Positions 9,387-20,982 are shown, numbered from the stretch's first letter. The stretch is 64,000 bases of DNA from Candidatus Bathyarchaeota archaeon (GCA_963707955.1 OY970176.1:2080001-2144000), one strand, 5' to 3'. Translations and numbers: made by a program. The notes: generated by a model not told the origin, from the sequence alone.

Positions 9387-11477
9387 CTAGGGGAATGGAC
9401 AGTTCTTGGTGGGGCAGCCGCCGGCGTATTCTGGTTCTAGAGAGACGAACTTTCCCTTCTCAGTTTTTATTTCGCCGATGTACAGCACCTGCTCGGGTTT
9501 GCTTCCGTACCTGAACACGGTTACTCCTTTGCACTTCAGCTTCCAGGCTAAGTCGTATATTTTCCTGACGTCTTCAACCGTTGCGTCAGTCGGCAGGTTA
9601 ACGGTTTTTGACACGGCGTTGTCCGTGTACTTTTGGAATGCGGCCTGCATTCTCACGTGCCATTCTGGTTTGATGTCTAGAGCCGTTACAAAAAGCTTCT
9701 TGATGTCTTCCGGGACTCCTTCAATCTTCTGAACAGAACCCGTTTTGGCTATTTCTTCCAGAAGCTTTGCGGTGTAGAAGCCTCTTTCCTTTGAAATCAT
9801 CTCGAACAGCGGGTTAGTTTCGAAGAGTCTAGTCCCGCTCAGCACGTTCCGTATGAAGGAGATCGCGAAAATCGGCTCGATGCCTGATGAGCAGCCGGCG
9901 ATTATGCTTATGGTTCCTGTTGGCGCCACGGTTGTCACTGTCGAGTTCCTCATGGCCGAGTACTTGTCCTTCCAGATGCTTCCCTCAAAATTCGGAAATG
10001 ACCCTCTTTCCTCACCCAGCTCTATGGACTTCTTATGTCCCTCCTCTTGGATGAACTTCATTATCTTCTCCCCGACGCTCAGAGCCTGCTCAGAATCGTA
10101 GGGAACTCCGAGTTTTATCAGCATGTCTGCAAAACCCATCACGCCCAGGCCTATCTTCCTGTTGGCCCTCGTTATCTTCTCAGTCTCCTTCAAAGGATAC
10201 CTGTTCCCGTCCACCACGTTGTCGAGAAAATGAACCCCGTTCCGCACGGTTTCCCTCAGTTTCTCAAAGCTTACTTTTCCATCCTCAACAACGTGTGAAA
10301 GATTAATTGAGCCCAAATTGCAGGACTCATAAGGAAGCAGCGGTTGCTCCCCGCAGGGGTTGGTGGACTCCATCATTCCAGCTTGAGGCGTGGGGTTGTG
10401 CCTGTTGATCTCGTCTATGAAGACTACGCCGGGGTCTCCGCTGGCCCAAGCGGACCTTGCCATCTGAGCCCAAACGTCTCTGGCGTTGAGTTTCTTCGTT
10501 TTTTCTTTGTTTCTAGGGTTGACTAACCAGTATTCCTCATTTTCCTCCACGGCTTTCATGAAGGCGTCCGTAGCAGCGACTGAGATGTTGAAGTTAGACA
10601 GAAAACCAGGCTGCTGCTTTGACGTTATGAATTCAAGGATGTCCGGATGGTCAACCCTCAGGATCGCCATCATTGCCCCTCTTCGTTTTCCACCAGCCTT
10701 TATCACTTCTGTACCAGTGTCAAAAACCCTCATGAAACTGACAGGGCCAGATGCTACGCCCTTGGTCGACATGACCAGGTCTCCCTTAGGTCTGAGCCTC
10801 GAAAAATCGAAGCCGACTCCACCGCCGCTCTTCTCGATGATCGCCATGTCCTTTGCAGCGTTGAAAATACCTTCCAGCGAATCTTCAACGGGCAGGACGA
10901 AGCACGCAGACAGTTGACCAAGCTCTGTTCCAGCGTTGAACAGAGTCGGAGTGTTCGGAACAAACTCGAGCTTCGCCATCATTTCGAAAAATGTCTTTTC
11001 ACTTTGAATGACGTTTCCACCGTGTTCTCCGTCAGGTCTTGCCACCGCTCCTGCGACTCTCTTGAACAGCTCTGCAGGGGTCTCAGTGATCTTTTCAGTC
11101 TCGTCTCTCAGAAGGTACCTCTGCCTCAAGACTTCAAGAGCGTTGACCGTGAGCTTGGGCTCTTCAATGCCGAACTTTTCTCTGAGCTCCCTTATTTCGA
11201 GCTTCTTCTGCCTGTAAACTTGATATTCCCTTGCAACTCTTTCAAAACCCTCTTTCTTCAGAACCTCTATCACGAGGTCTTGCGCATCCTCAACGGAAGG
11301 AGTTCTTCCATCGAATTTCTCCTCCAGAAGCCTAACTACCTCTCGGGATATGCCCTCAGCTTTCTTACCATCCTCCAACTCAACAGCAATAAAAGCCTTG
11401 TAAATAGCGTCTCTAATTCTGTTAGAATCAAAATCAACTACTCTGCCGTCTCGCTTAACGATGTTCTGGATAGTCAT
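9387..11477 (-). CDS. nrdJ: Adenosylcobalamin-dependent (class II) ribonucleotide reductase with ATP-cone
   Basis: VKRDG ATP-cone; PNTPTLFNAG, SACF, TNPCGEQ, CNLGSINL and APTGTIS motifs; C-terminal Cys pair. Confidence 0.95.
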   Translation of the reverse strand: MTIQNIVKRDGRVVDFDSNRIRDAIYKAFIAVELEDGKKAEGISREVVRLLEEKFDGRTPSVEDAQDLVIEVLKKEGFERVAREYQVYRQKKLEIRELREKFGIEEPKLTVNALEVLRQRYLLRDETEKITETPAELFKRVAGAVARPDGEHGGNVIQSEKTFFEMMAKLEFVPNTPTLFNAGTELGQLSACFVLPVEDSLEGIFNAAKDMAIIEKSGGGVGFDFSRLRPKGDLVMSTKGVASGPVSFMRVFDTGTEVIKAGGKRRGAMMAILRVDHPDILEFITSKQQPGFLSNFNISVAATDAFMKAVEENEEYWLVNPRNKEKTKKLNARDVWAQMARSAWASGDPGVVFIDEINRHNPTPQAGMMESTNPCGEQPLLPYESCNLGSINLSHVVEDGKVSFEKLRETVRNGVHFLDNVVDGNRYPLKETEKITRANRKIGLGVMGFADMLIKLGVPYDSEQALSVGEKIMKFIQEEGHKKSIELGEERGSFPNFEGSIWKDKYSAMRNSTVTTVAPTGTISIIAGCSSGIEPIFAISFIRNVLSGTRLFETNPLFEMISKERGFYTAKLLEEIAKTGSVQKIEGVPEDIKKLFVTALDIKPEWHVRMQAAFQKYTDNAVSKTVNLPTDATVEDVRKIYDLAWKLKCKGVTVFRYGSKPEQVLYIGEIKTEKGKFVSLEPEYAGGCPTKNCPFP

Positions 11478-11655
11478 GTCCCATCAACTCAAATTTGCCC
11501 CTACTTTGCATATAAAGTTTCTAAAAAACCAAAAAAACCATGAACAAGAAGCCGATCAGCACGTTGAGCAAACGACTGTCCTCGTCTAGGTTGGCTGGCA
11601 TTTCATGAAAAGTTATTTCAGAGACCAGTTGATACTGTTGTAGTGGTCTATTGGC

Positions 11656-14600
11656 ATGTCAGATGCGTCAGGTGCCGAGGCAGTTCTGATTCAAGCAGAG
11701 GAAAAGGAAAAAGAGTACGATTGGCTGGGAGCGGTTGAATCTTATAATAAGGCGTTGGGCTTGTTTTCTGAGCAAGACGCCTTTGGCATGGGCGACACTT
11801 ACGAGCGAATGGGTTGCGCTTTCTACAAAGCTGCTATGCAGGTTGAGAGCGTCAATGAGTTTAATGAAAGAATTCGAGGGGCGATCGCGAACTACGACAA
11901 GGCCAAGAAATTCTATGGCAGTTTAGGTGATGTGGAAAAAGCGCCAAGGATGCTTCGATGTGAAGCCATGGTAGTCTTCATGGGCTACTGGATGGCAACC
12001 GAAGCGTCTGAGAAGAAAAAACTACTCAATGATTGTTGGAGGCTGACAAAAGCTGCTCTAGAAGCTTTTGAAGCTGCTGAGGCCTCTTGGGATTATGGAA
12101 AGACGTACAATCAGCTGTCCGTGGGCCCCGTTTTTGAATTCACACTTGAGTCGGATTTTCAAGCACGCGTAAGGATCATGAAGGAAACCGTGGATTGCGG
12201 AGAAAAGGCAATAAAGTTCCTTACCGCTTCCGAGGACGTTTCCGAACTCGCGAGAGCCTGCGCAAAAACGGTTGTCTGTCTAGGAGTGTTCGGCTACTAC
12301 TGCCAGGACGGACGTGAGCGAGAACGGTCCTATCAAAAAGGTCTGGACTACTGGGTCAAGGCCAAAGAGCTTTCCGAAGAGATAGCCATCCTTGAATCGC
12401 TATGCCCACTGTTTGGAGGTCAACCCATATTTGGCTTGGAGGGTTCGGATGAAGCTCTATCGAATTACAAGAAAGGATTGGAGTTTGCTAAGAAAACCAA
12501 AGACAGATTCTTCATCGGATGCGCATTGGACTGGCTGACTTATCACACTGTCTGGAAGACAAACGGCATCGAAGACAAGGACGAGATAGCTCGGCTCGCC
12601 AAAGCAGTCATGCAGTACCTTCAAGGCGCCAGAGAACAGTTCATTCAAATCTCGTTCATAAGTCCACGCGCAGACCTTGCTTGGATCGAAGCGTCTCCTG
12701 CCGATTCCGACATGTGGCTAGCTGGTATGGAAACAGACGCTGGGAAAAAGCGTGATCTGTTAGAAAAAGCCGTGAAAGCCGCACCGGAAATGCTGAAGAA
12801 GGCTGAGAATTCTGGGTATCCGGAGGCAATTATGTATGCGCATAGCGTGTTCGGCGGGATTATTTCAGCTTTAGCCAAAACAGAAACCAACTGCGACGAG
12901 AAAAAGAAGCTACTTGAACAGGCTCTGCAACACAAGAAAGAATCTGTTGCAAGAACTGAGCAGCTTACGCCCCTTCTCTACTGGAACCGTGGCATAACGC
13001 AGGACAGTTTGGCTAAGGAAAAATCTGATCTTGCCGAGCTAGCAGATGACCCTGAGACCAAGAAGAACCTGCTCGAGGAAGTTGCATTATCCAGAGAGAA
13101 CTCCTTAAAACTTCTTATCAAAGAATTGACATTCGTTGAAAGCAAACGTTCAGGTTTAACATCGCTATTTGCTGTTCTCGGGCATTCGCAATCTGAATAC
13201 GGAAATGTGTTGAATCGTCTATACGGCCTTACTCGAAACCAAGAGTTTTTGAAAAAGGCCATAGAAGCCTTTAGAGAAGCGACTGAATCACTTCAAAAGC
13301 TCAATCTTAAAAGTCGCGTGGCTGAGTGCCACTGGAAGATCGCCCAAGCTTATGACGCACTGGGCGAGCATTCAAATGCGGCTCAACACTTCGGCTCAGC
13401 CTCAGACAACTACGTGAGCGCCGCAGAAAGCATTCCTCAGCTCAAGGGCTTTTATCAGGATCACGCGTGTTACATGCAGGCCTGGAGCGAAATCGAGAAG
13501 GCACGGTATCATCACGAAAGACAAGAGTGTGGTTTAGCAGAAGAGCACTTCGAGAAAGCCGCCAACATGCACAAATCCTTGAAACAGTGGAGTTACCTAG
13601 CTCCAAACTACTTTGCTTGGGCCCAAGTTGAGCATGCGGAAGAATTGAGCAGAAAAGACCAGAGCGAAGAAGCCCTCCAAGCCTTTGAACAAGCAGCCAG
13701 ACTTTTTGAAGAAACCAAGAAATCAATCCAGGATGGGCTTGCCAAGATTGAAGACCCAGACGAGAAACAGATGGCTACTCATATGGTCAATGCAACCGAC
13801 TCAAGGCGCGAATACTGCTTGGCGAGAATCGCCATCGAAGAGGCAAAAATCCTTGATAAGAAAGGCGACCACTACGCCAGCTCAGAAAAATACTGTTCGG
13901 CAGCGGAGACTCTTCAGAAAATAGCCCAGGCGGCAGAGTCGGAACAAGACAGGAAGGAATTCAGACTCATCACGATTCTTTCTCAGGCTTGGGCAAAAAT
14001 GACGGGGGCAGAAGCTGAGGGATCCCCAGACCTGTACTTGGAAGCGTCCCAGCTCTTCGAGGAGGCCAAAGAGTTCAGTCCCAACGAGAAAGCGAAAATG
14101 CTGGCGCTGGGGCACAGTCGCTTCTGCAGAGCGCTTGAAGCCGGAACAAAATTTGCTGACACTGGAAACGCAGAATTGTACAAGATCGCCATTCAGCAAC
14201 TAGAAAGCGCCGCGAAACACTATGTAAGAGCTGGCTTCCAGAACGCATCAGAGTATGCCAAGGCAACCGAACTGCTCCTTGATGCTTACATGCGTATGGA
14301 CAATGCTAAGGAGGAAAGCGATCCTGAGAAAAAAGCAAGGCTCTACATGATGGCCGAAAAGGTGCTGCAGACCTCAGCAGGCTCGTTTATGAAGGCGGAG
14401 CATCCGGAGAAAAGGGAACAGGTGCTTAGGCTGCTGGAGAGGGTGAAGGAGGAACGAGAACTAGCCCTGTCTCTCAGCGAGGTGCTGCACGCGCCGTCGA
14501 TCGTTTCAACAACCTCCGCTTTCACAACGCCCACACCAAACCAAGAAAATGCTGTGGGCTTGGAGAAATTTGAAAACGCGAATGTACAGGCAAACCTCAT

Positions 14601-14970
14601 TACACGCCAGAAGCAACTGAAAGTCGGCGAAAACCTGGATCTTGAGATAGAGCTTGTCAACGCGGGAAAAAGCTCTGCCCAGCTCATTAAGATCACGGAG
14701 GTCATTCCCGCAGGTTTTGAGCTGGCAGAGAAACCTGAAATCTACCGCGTAGAAGACAGTTACCTCAACATGAAGGGAAAACGGCTTGACCCGTTGAAGA
14801 CAGAAGAGGTGAGGCTCACTATTAAGTCAAAGGCGCAGGGAGAATTCTTTTTGAAACCTACGATACTGTATCTGGATGAAAACGGCACATACAAATCGCA
14901 CCAGCCGGAACCGGTTAGCATAACAGTCAGAGAATTGGGGATCAAAGGCTGGATCAAAGGGGAAAGATGA
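11656..14970 (+). CDS. Large alpha-helical (TPR-like) repeat protein with C-terminal Ig-like domain
   Basis: About 950 aa of A/E/K-rich helical repeats, then a beta-rich domain (VGENLDLEIELVNAG...PTILYLDENG). Confidence 0.65.
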   Translation: MSDASGAEAVLIQAEEKEKEYDWLGAVESYNKALGLFSEQDAFGMGDTYERMGCAFYKAAMQVESVNEFNERIRGAIANYDKAKKFYGSLGDVEKAPRMLRCEAMVVFMGYWMATEASEKKKLLNDCWRLTKAALEAFEAAEASWDYGKTYNQLSVGPVFEFTLESDFQARVRIMKETVDCGEKAIKFLTASEDVSELARACAKTVVCLGVFGYYCQDGRERERSYQKGLDYWVKAKELSEEIAILESLCPLFGGQPIFGLEGSDEALSNYKKGLEFAKKTKDRFFIGCALDWLTYHTVWKTNGIEDKDEIARLAKAVMQYLQGAREQFIQISFISPRADLAWIEASPADSDMWLAGMETDAGKKRDLLEKAVKAAPEMLKKAENSGYPEAIMYAHSVFGGIISALAKTETNCDEKKKLLEQALQHKKESVARTEQLTPLLYWNRGITQDSLAKEKSDLAELADDPETKKNLLEEVALSRENSLKLLIKELTFVESKRSGLTSLFAVLGHSQSEYGNVLNRLYGLTRNQEFLKKAIEAFREATESLQKLNLKSRVAECHWKIAQAYDALGEHSNAAQHFGSASDNYVSAAESIPQLKGFYQDHACYMQAWSEIEKARYHHERQECGLAEEHFEKAANMHKSLKQWSYLAPNYFAWAQVEHAEELSRKDQSEEALQAFEQAARLFEETKKSIQDGLAKIEDPDEKQMATHMVNATDSRREYCLARIAIEEAKILDKKGDHYASSEKYCSAAETLQKIAQAAESEQDRKEFRLITILSQAWAKMTGAEAEGSPDLYLEASQLFEEAKEFSPNEKAKMLALGHSRFCRALEAGTKFADTGNAELYKIAIQQLESAAKHYVRAGFQNASEYAKATELLLDAYMRMDNAKEESDPEKKARLYMMAEKVLQTSAGSFMKAEHPEKREQVLRLLERVKEERELALSLSEVLHAPSIVSTTSAFTTPTPNQENAVGLEKFENANVQANLITRQKQLKVGENLDLEIELVNAGKSSAQLIKITEVIPAGFELAEKPEIYRVEDSYLNMKGKRLDPLKTEEVRLTIKSKAQGEFFLKPTILYLDENGTYKSHQPEPVSITVRELGIKGWIKGER

Positions 14971-15069
14971 CCTTCGAAACAGGTCCGTGAGAACGCTCGA
15001 AGGGAATACTGGAAACTTTTTTATAACGTGTCTGACTTGCCCTACACTGTCATTGAAGAGGAATGTACG

Positions 15070-15474
15070 TTGATCGAAGCTATCGATCACATCGGGATAG
15101 CCGTGAAAGACCTGAATGAAGCAATCCGCGTTTACCGTGACATTCTAGGTCTTCGGCTTGAAGGAGTCCACAAGCTGGAAGAGCGGAAGGTAAGAGTTGC
15201 CTATTTCTCAGCAGGAAAGGAAAGCCGCATAGAACTGTCAGAGCCTCTTGGCAGCGACAGCCCAGTTGCAAAGTTCCTTGAAACACGAGGCGAGGGCATA
15301 CAACATCTCGCTTTGAGGGTCAAAAACATCGAGGCTGTGCTTGAAGATTTCAAGAAGAAGGGGTTAACACTGATTGATGAGAAGCCGAGGTCTGGCGCAG
15401 AAGGAGCAAAGATCGCTTTCGTCCATCCGAAAAGCACCCGCGGCGTTCTTCTTGAACTCGTTGAGAAACCGTAA
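15070..15474 (+). CDS. mce: Methylmalonyl-CoA epimerase
   Basis: IDHIGIAV...GEGIQHLAL...FVHPKSTRGVLLELVE; start taken at TTG 15,070. Confidence 0.93.
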   Translation: MIEAIDHIGIAVKDLNEAIRVYRDILGLRLEGVHKLEERKVRVAYFSAGKESRIELSEPLGSDSPVAKFLETRGEGIQHLALRVKNIEAVLEDFKKKGLTLIDEKPRSGAEGAKIAFVHPKSTRGVLLELVEKP

Positions 15475-15557
15475 TTCTTTCCACATGAATGTTTGATGAA
15501 ACCCCCGTTTGTCCTAAATACATGCACAACAGTATACTCGAGAATATGGGGGATTAT

Positions 15558-17126
15558 ATGAGCCCGACAAAGGAGCCCACAGTCGAGGAGAAGATCAAAC
15601 ACCTGAAAGAACTCGAGAAGCAAGCCGAGCTTGGCGGTGGACAAAAACGGATCGAAGAACAGCATGCTAAGGGCAAATTGGCGGCCAGAGAACGCATTGA
15701 CCTACTGTTAGATCCAGGAAGCTTCAACGAACTCGACAGGTTTGTTGTTCACCAATGCACAGAATTCGGCTTGGGAGAAAAGAAGTTCCTCGGAGACGGT
15801 GTTGTAACGGGCTACGGCACGATTGATGGTCGATTGGTCTACGTTTTCTCTCAGGACTTCACAGTCTTCGGAGGCTCATTGGGCGAGATGTTCGCAAAGA
15901 AGGTCTGCAAGCTGATGGATCTTGCCATGAAAACAGGTGCACCCGTCATAGGTTTGAACGACAGTGGCGGCGCTCGCATACAGGAGGGCGTAGCAAGCCT
16001 CGCCGGATACGGGGACATCTTCTTCCGAAACGTCACAAGTTCAGGTGTGATACCGCAGATTTCCGCTATAATGGGGCCATGCGCAGGAGGAGCCGTGTAT
16101 TCCCCAGCGCTTACGGACTTCATAATAATGGTTGACAAGACAAGTCACATGTTCATCACGGGCCCAGACGTTGTCAAAACCGTTCTAGGACAGGAAGTGA
16201 CATTCGAAGAATTGGGCGGAGCCATGGTTCACAGCCAGACCAGTGGAGTGACACACTTCATCGCAAGAGACGAGCAGCATTGCGTACAGATCGTCAAGAA
16301 ACTCTTGAGCTACTTGCCCAGCAACTACTTGGAAGACCCGCCTATTCTTGAAACAGGCGACGACCCTAACCGCGCTGATGAAACCTTGGTCAGAATTTTA
16401 CCTGACGACCCGGACAAGCCGTACGACGTAAAAGAAGTCATCGACCGTGTGGTGGACAGCGGTGAATTTTTCGAAATTCAATCCCTCTGGGCGCAGAACA
16501 TAGTTATAGGCTTCGCACGTCTAAACGGCAGAACAGTGGGAATCGTCGCCAACCAGCCTGCCCACTACTCAGGTGCACTGGACATAAACAGTTCAATGAA
16601 AGCGGGAAGATTCGTACGCTTCTGCGACGCCTTCAACATCCCAATAGTAACCTTCGTAGATGTCCCCGGATTTCTGCCGGGAATTGAACAAGAACACGGC
16701 GGAATAATCAAACACGGCTCAAAACTGCTCTACTCCTACTGCGAAGCAACCGTGCCAAAAGTCACAGTCATCCTAAGAAAAGACTACGGCGGAGCCTACG
16801 ACGTTATGGGTTCAAAACACAGCGGCGCAGACATAAACTACGCTTGGCCAACAGCAGAAATAGCCGTCATGGGTCCACAAGGCGCCATAAACATCATCTT
16901 CAGAAAAGAAATATCCGAAGCAAAGGACCCGAAGCAGAAACACAGTGAACTCGTTAGCGAATACCGCCAAAAATTCGCAAGCCCATACATAGCCGCACAA
17001 AAAGGCTACATAGACGAAGTGATCAAACCGGCAGAAACCCGACCCAAACTCATCAGTGCCCTCGAAAGTCTGGCCACCAAACGCGAAGCCAGACCATCAC
17101 GAAAGCATTCAAACTTACCATTATAG
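15558..17126 (+). CDS. pccB: Acyl-CoA carboxyltransferase (PccB/MmdA/transcarboxylase 12S type)
   Basis: [49 protein letters not shown]; start may be at 15,489. Confidence 0.92.
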   Translation: MSPTKEPTVEEKIKHLKELEKQAELGGGQKRIEEQHAKGKLAARERIDLLLDPGSFNELDRFVVHQCTEFGLGEKKFLGDGVVTGYGTIDGRLVYVFSQDFTVFGGSLGEMFAKKVCKLMDLAMKTGAPVIGLNDSGGARIQEGVASLAGYGDIFFRNVTSSGVIPQISAIMGPCAGGAVYSPALTDFIIMVDKTSHMFITGPDVVKTVLGQEVTFEELGGAMVHSQTSGVTHFIARDEQHCVQIVKKLLSYLPSNYLEDPPILETGDDPNRADETLVRILPDDPDKPYDVKEVIDRVVDSGEFFEIQSLWAQNIVIGFARLNGRTVGIVANQPAHYSGALDINSSMKAGRFVRFCDAFNIPIVTFVDVPGFLPGIEQEHGGIIKHGSKLLYSYCEATVPKVTVILRKDYGGAYDVMGSKHSGADINYAWPTAEIAVMGPQGAINIIFRKEISEAKDPKQKHSELVSEYRQKFASPYIAAQKGYIDEVIKPAETRPKLISALESLATKREARPSRKHSNLPL

Positions 17127-17192
17127 ATTAATACATCTTCAACTCATTTTTTCACGTTCCTAGTTCCTAGCAGACTGAAGAGGTAGCCTACG

Positions 17193-18737
17193 TTGGTTCC
17201 GAAACCAGTGAAAATCACTGATACGACCTTCCGGGATGCGCATCAGAGCCTGATCGCAACGAGAATGCGAACGGAAACGATGCTGCCTATAGCTGAGAAA
17301 ATGGACCAGGTTGGCTTTTTCTCGCTTGAAGCGTGGGGCGGAGCCACTTTTGACGTCAGTATCCGGTACCTTTCTGAGGACCCGTGGGAGCGGATCCGTC
17401 AGCTGAAACGTCATGTCAAAAGGACACCCCTTCAAATGCTTCTTCGGGGACAAAACATTGTTGGCTACCGGAACTATCCCGATGATGTTGTCATAAAATT
17501 CGTAGAGAAAGCAGCGGAGAACGGCATAGACATTTTCCGTGTGTTCGACGCGTTAAACGACATAAGAAACATGGAAGTCGCCATCAAGACAGTCAAGAAG
17601 GTGGGTGGACACGCTCAAGGCACCATCAGCTACACCATCAGCCCGTTCCACACGATTGAATACTTCGTGGAGGTTGCCAAGAAACTTGCCGAATTAAACT
17701 GCGATTCGATATGCATCAAGGACATGGCCGGAATGCTCGCTCCCAAACCGGCCTACGACCTCATTTCTGCCCTGAAAAAAGAAGTGGGCCTACCAATCCA
17801 CCTGCACAGTCACAGCACAAGCGGCATGGTCATGATGACCTACTTTCACGCTTGCGAAGCAGGCGTGGACATCTTGGACACGGCGTTCTCCCCGTTGGCG
17901 TGGGGCACATCACAACCGCCTGTGGAATCAGTCGTCGCTGCCCTGAAAGGGACCCCTTATGACACGGGCCTAGACAGCGAGTTGCTTAACGATATCGCAC
18001 AGTACTTCCGTGAACTGCGCGAGAAGTACTACGACCCTTTGAAACTGATAGACCCAAAGGCTGAAAGAGTTGACGCCTCAATCATTGTGCACCAAATTCC
18101 GGGTGGAATGTTCTCAAACCTGCTTGAACAGCTGCGAGAACAGAAAGCATCGGACAGGTTGAATGAAGTGCTCGCAGAAGTGCCGAAAGTGAGAAAGGAG
18201 CTGGGCTATCCGCCTCTCGTCACGCCGACCAGTCAACTCGTTGGGATACAAGCGGTCTTGAACGTTATCTCGGGTAAGAGATACAGCATCGTTCCTAAAG
18301 AGATAAAAGATTACGTGAAAGGCTTGTACGGCAAGCCTCCAGCGCCTATCGACGAGAAGGTAAAGAAGAGAATTATCGGTGATGAAAGAACCATCACATG
18401 CCGTCCTGCCGACCTCCTTGAGCCAGCCCTTGGCAAGATCCCGGAAGATGTAATGCCTTTCATTGAATCTGAAGAAGACAAGATAACCTACGTGTTGTTC
18501 CCACAGCCCGCTCTAGAATTCTTCAAGAAAAGAAAAGCAAGACGCGAAGAAGCCAAGCCTGGAATACGACCAGAAAGGCTAGCGGAGCTTGAGGAAGTGG
18601 CTGCTCTTTCAGTGGCGGCTGTAAACCATCTGCAAAGATCGTCAGGAACGAAAGCACTCACGGTGCAGAGAGCCAAAAACACGCACTCATACTGGGTGTT
18701 AGTTGCTCGCCAAAACCAAGCAGAGCACGGTGCATAA
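17193..18737 (+). CDS. Pyruvate/oxaloacetate carboxyltransferase (PycB/OadA/transcarboxylase 5S type), copy 1
   Basis: RDAHQS, WGGATFD, RVFDALND, IKDMAG, HLHSH, HQIPGGM and PPLVTPTSQ motifs; no biotinyl domain. Confidence 0.92.
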   Translation: MVPKPVKITDTTFRDAHQSLIATRMRTETMLPIAEKMDQVGFFSLEAWGGATFDVSIRYLSEDPWERIRQLKRHVKRTPLQMLLRGQNIVGYRNYPDDVVIKFVEKAAENGIDIFRVFDALNDIRNMEVAIKTVKKVGGHAQGTISYTISPFHTIEYFVEVAKKLAELNCDSICIKDMAGMLAPKPAYDLISALKKEVGLPIHLHSHSTSGMVMMTYFHACEAGVDILDTAFSPLAWGTSQPPVESVVAALKGTPYDTGLDSELLNDIAQYFRELREKYYDPLKLIDPKAERVDASIIVHQIPGGMFSNLLEQLREQKASDRLNEVLAEVPKVRKELGYPPLVTPTSQLVGIQAVLNVISGKRYSIVPKEIKDYVKGLYGKPPAPIDEKVKKRIIGDERTITCRPADLLEPALGKIPEDVMPFIESEEDKITYVLFPQPALEFFKKRKARREEAKPGIRPERLAELEEVAALSVAAVNHLQRSSGTKALTVQRAKNTHSYWVLVARQNQAEHGA

Positions 18738-18739
18738 CG

Positions 18740-19294
18740 ATGTCAGAGTACGAAGTTTTCATCGACGACAAGCCCAAAAAGGTAGAGGTGACAAAAACTG
18801 GCCAAAGCTCTTTTAGCATCAGAGTAGATGGCAAGGCTCGCAGCGTGGAGTTCGTGACCAGCGCACCGGACCTCGAAAAACCGTTCACTCTGAAGGTGGA
18901 TAACAAAAACTACCGCGTCGAATTGCCTAAAATAGATCGAGGGAAAGAATTCTCAGTGAAAGTTGAGGAAGCAACGTTCAAAGCCGAGGTTAAAGTACCT
19001 GCGAGAAAAGCATCTCTAACCGCATTTGAGCCGACTGCAGCAACGCCGACAAAGAGAACAGCCGCAAACAGACAGGCTGTTGAAGGTGGCATAACGGCGC
19101 CGATGACGGGTAAGATAGTCAAGGTTAAGGTCAAGAAGGGCGACGAAGTCAAGGCGGGCCAAGTGCTCTGCGTCATCGAAGCCATGAAAATGGAAAACGA
19201 AATAACCGCGCCCAAGGCCGGCGCCGTCAAAGAAGTCTACGTTTCTGATGGCTCCTCAGTGAGCGAGGGAGAGCCGCTTCTCATGATTGGCTAA
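18740..19294 (+). CDS. Biotin carboxyl carrier protein, copy 1
   Basis: APMTG...[10 protein letters not shown] biotinylation motif. Confidence 0.93.
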   Translation: MSEYEVFIDDKPKKVEVTKTGQSSFSIRVDGKARSVEFVTSAPDLEKPFTLKVDNKNYRVELPKIDRGKEFSVKVEEATFKAEVKVPARKASLTAFEPTAATPTKRTAANRQAVEGGITAPMTGKIVKVKVKKGDEVKAGQVLCVIEAMKMENEITAPKAGAVKEVYVSDGSSVSEGEPLLMIG

Positions 19295-20982
19295 AAGATG
19301 GAAGGCGGTTTATACTCACCGAAAACTTCGCGCAGCGTGCCGCATATTTCGCCCAAAGTTGCATATTCCTTGACAGCCTCAAGCATGAAGGGCATCAGAC
19401 TCTCGTTTTCGCGTTCAGCTGCAATGCGCAACCTGTCTAGGGCCTCGCTAACCTTCAGCTGGTTTCTCTTATTTTTTATCTTCTTTAACCGTTCGACAAG
19501 AGTTTTTTCTACTGTCTGATCTACCTGTAAGGTCTTGATCGAAATCTCTTCTTCACCGATGAAGTCATTCACGCCGACAACAATTCTCTTCTTGGCCTCG
19601 ACTTCCTTCTGGAAGCGATAAGCACTCTCAGTGATCTCACGCTGCATGAAACCTTTCTCAATCGCAGCGACCGCGCCGCCCATTCTGTCAATTCTGTCAA
19701 TGTATTTTCGTGCCCTCTCTTCAATTTCATTCGTCATATACTCAATGTAGTACGAACCAGCCAATGGGTCAACAGTATCTACGACTCCGCTTTCGTAGGC
19801 GATTATTTGCTGGGTCCTCAAGGCAACCGTCACAGCATGCTCGCTAGGCAAAGCATAAGCTTCATCGAACGAGTTGGTGTGCAGAGACTGGGTTCCTCCC
19901 AGAACTGCTGACAAAGCCTGCAACGCCACGCGTACAACGTTGTTGTACGGTTGCTGAGCCGTGAGTGAAACTCCAGATGTCTGAGTGTGGAAACGAAGCA
20001 TCCATGAGTTGAGATTCTTGGCTTTGAATCGTTCTCGCATGATGTTCGCCCACAGCCGGCGTGCTGCCCTGAACTTGGCAACTTCTTCGAAGAAGTTGCT
20101 GTGGGCCGCGAAGAAGAAGGACAGCCTTCCAGCAAACTTGTCCACGTCCAAGCCTCGGTCGATGGCTGCTTGCACATAGGCAATCGCGTTTGCCAACGTG
20201 AAAGCAACTTCCTGAACAGCAGTAGAGCCGGCCTCGCGTATGTGATAGCCACTCACGCTTATCGTGTTCCACTGCGGCATGTTCTGGCTACAGTAAACGA
20301 AGATGTCTGTAATCATGCGCATGGATGGCTTCGGTGGAAATATGTACATGCCTCGGGCCACGTATTCCTTCAGAACATCGTTCTGAACCGTACCGCCAAG
20401 CAGCGATTGTTTAACACCCTGTTTATCGCCTACGGCGGCATACATTGCAAGCAGCACATTTGCAGGGGCGTTGATCGTCATTGAAGTTGTTACCTTGTCA
20501 AGCGGGATTCCGTTAAACAGGATTTCCATGTCTCTCAGTGTGCTCGCGCTGACTCCGACCTTTCCAACCTCGCCGAGCGCCATAGAATGGTCACAGTCGT
20601 ACCCAACCTGCGTTGGAAAGTCGAAAGCAACGCTCAAGCCAGTTTGTCCGTGTTCCAGCAAGTACCTGAAACGCTTGTTTGTCTGTTCAGCTGTACCAAA
20701 ACCCGCGTACTGCCGCATGGTCCAGAAGCGGGCACGGTACATCGTTGGGTAGACGCCACGCGTAAGCGGATACTCTCCTGGAAAACCTTGTTGGTTCATG
20801 TAATCCAATTCTGCCACGTCAATCGGAGTGTAGAGTCTCTTGACAGGGATGCCTGAGCTTGTTGACAACTCGCCTCTTTCTGGAAGCCTGTCGAAACTCT
20901 TCACGACGGTTTCCTTCTCCCAGTTCATCATTTGTTTTTGGATGTCATCCAGTTTCTTTTTGTTGAACATCATCGATGGCAC
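19291..20982 (-). CDS. mcmA1: Methylmalonyl-CoA mutase, substrate-binding (large) subunit, copy 1
   Basis: [43 protein letters not shown]; no B12-binding domain (split type). Confidence 0.93.
   Translation of the reverse strand: MPSMMFNKKKLDDIQKQMMNWEKETVVKSFDRLPERGELSTSSGIPVKRLYTPIDVAELDYMNQQGFPGEYPLTRGVYPTMYRARFWTMRQYAGFGTAEQTNKRFRYLLEHGQTGLSVAFDFPTQVGYDCDHSMALGEVGKVGVSASTLRDMEILFNGIPLDKVTTSMTINAPANVLLAMYAAVGDKQGVKQSLLGGTVQNDVLKEYVARGMYIFPPKPSMRMITDIFVYCSQNMPQWNTISVSGYHIREAGSTAVQEVAFTLANAIAYVQAAIDRGLDVDKFAGRLSFFFAAHSNFFEEVAKFRAARRLWANIMRERFKAKNLNSWMLRFHTQTSGVSLTAQQPYNNVVRVALQALSAVLGGTQSLHTNSFDEAYALPSEHAVTVALRTQQIIAYESGVVDTVDPLAGSYYIEYMTNEIEERARKYIDRIDRMGGAVAAIEKGFMQREITESAYRFQKEVEAKKRIVVGVNDFIGEEEISIKTLQVDQTVEKTLVERLKKIKNKRNQLKVSEALDRLRIAAERENESLMPFMLEAVKEYATLGEICGTLREVFGEYKPPSIF

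Noticed and set aside
9387-11477. Intein in NrdJ or a cobalamin riboswitch upstream
   Set aside because: Protein length is normal with contiguous motifs; no B12-box seen upstream
10647-11543. 298-aa + strand ORF
   Set aside because: Antisense shadow of nrdJ with no recognisable motifs
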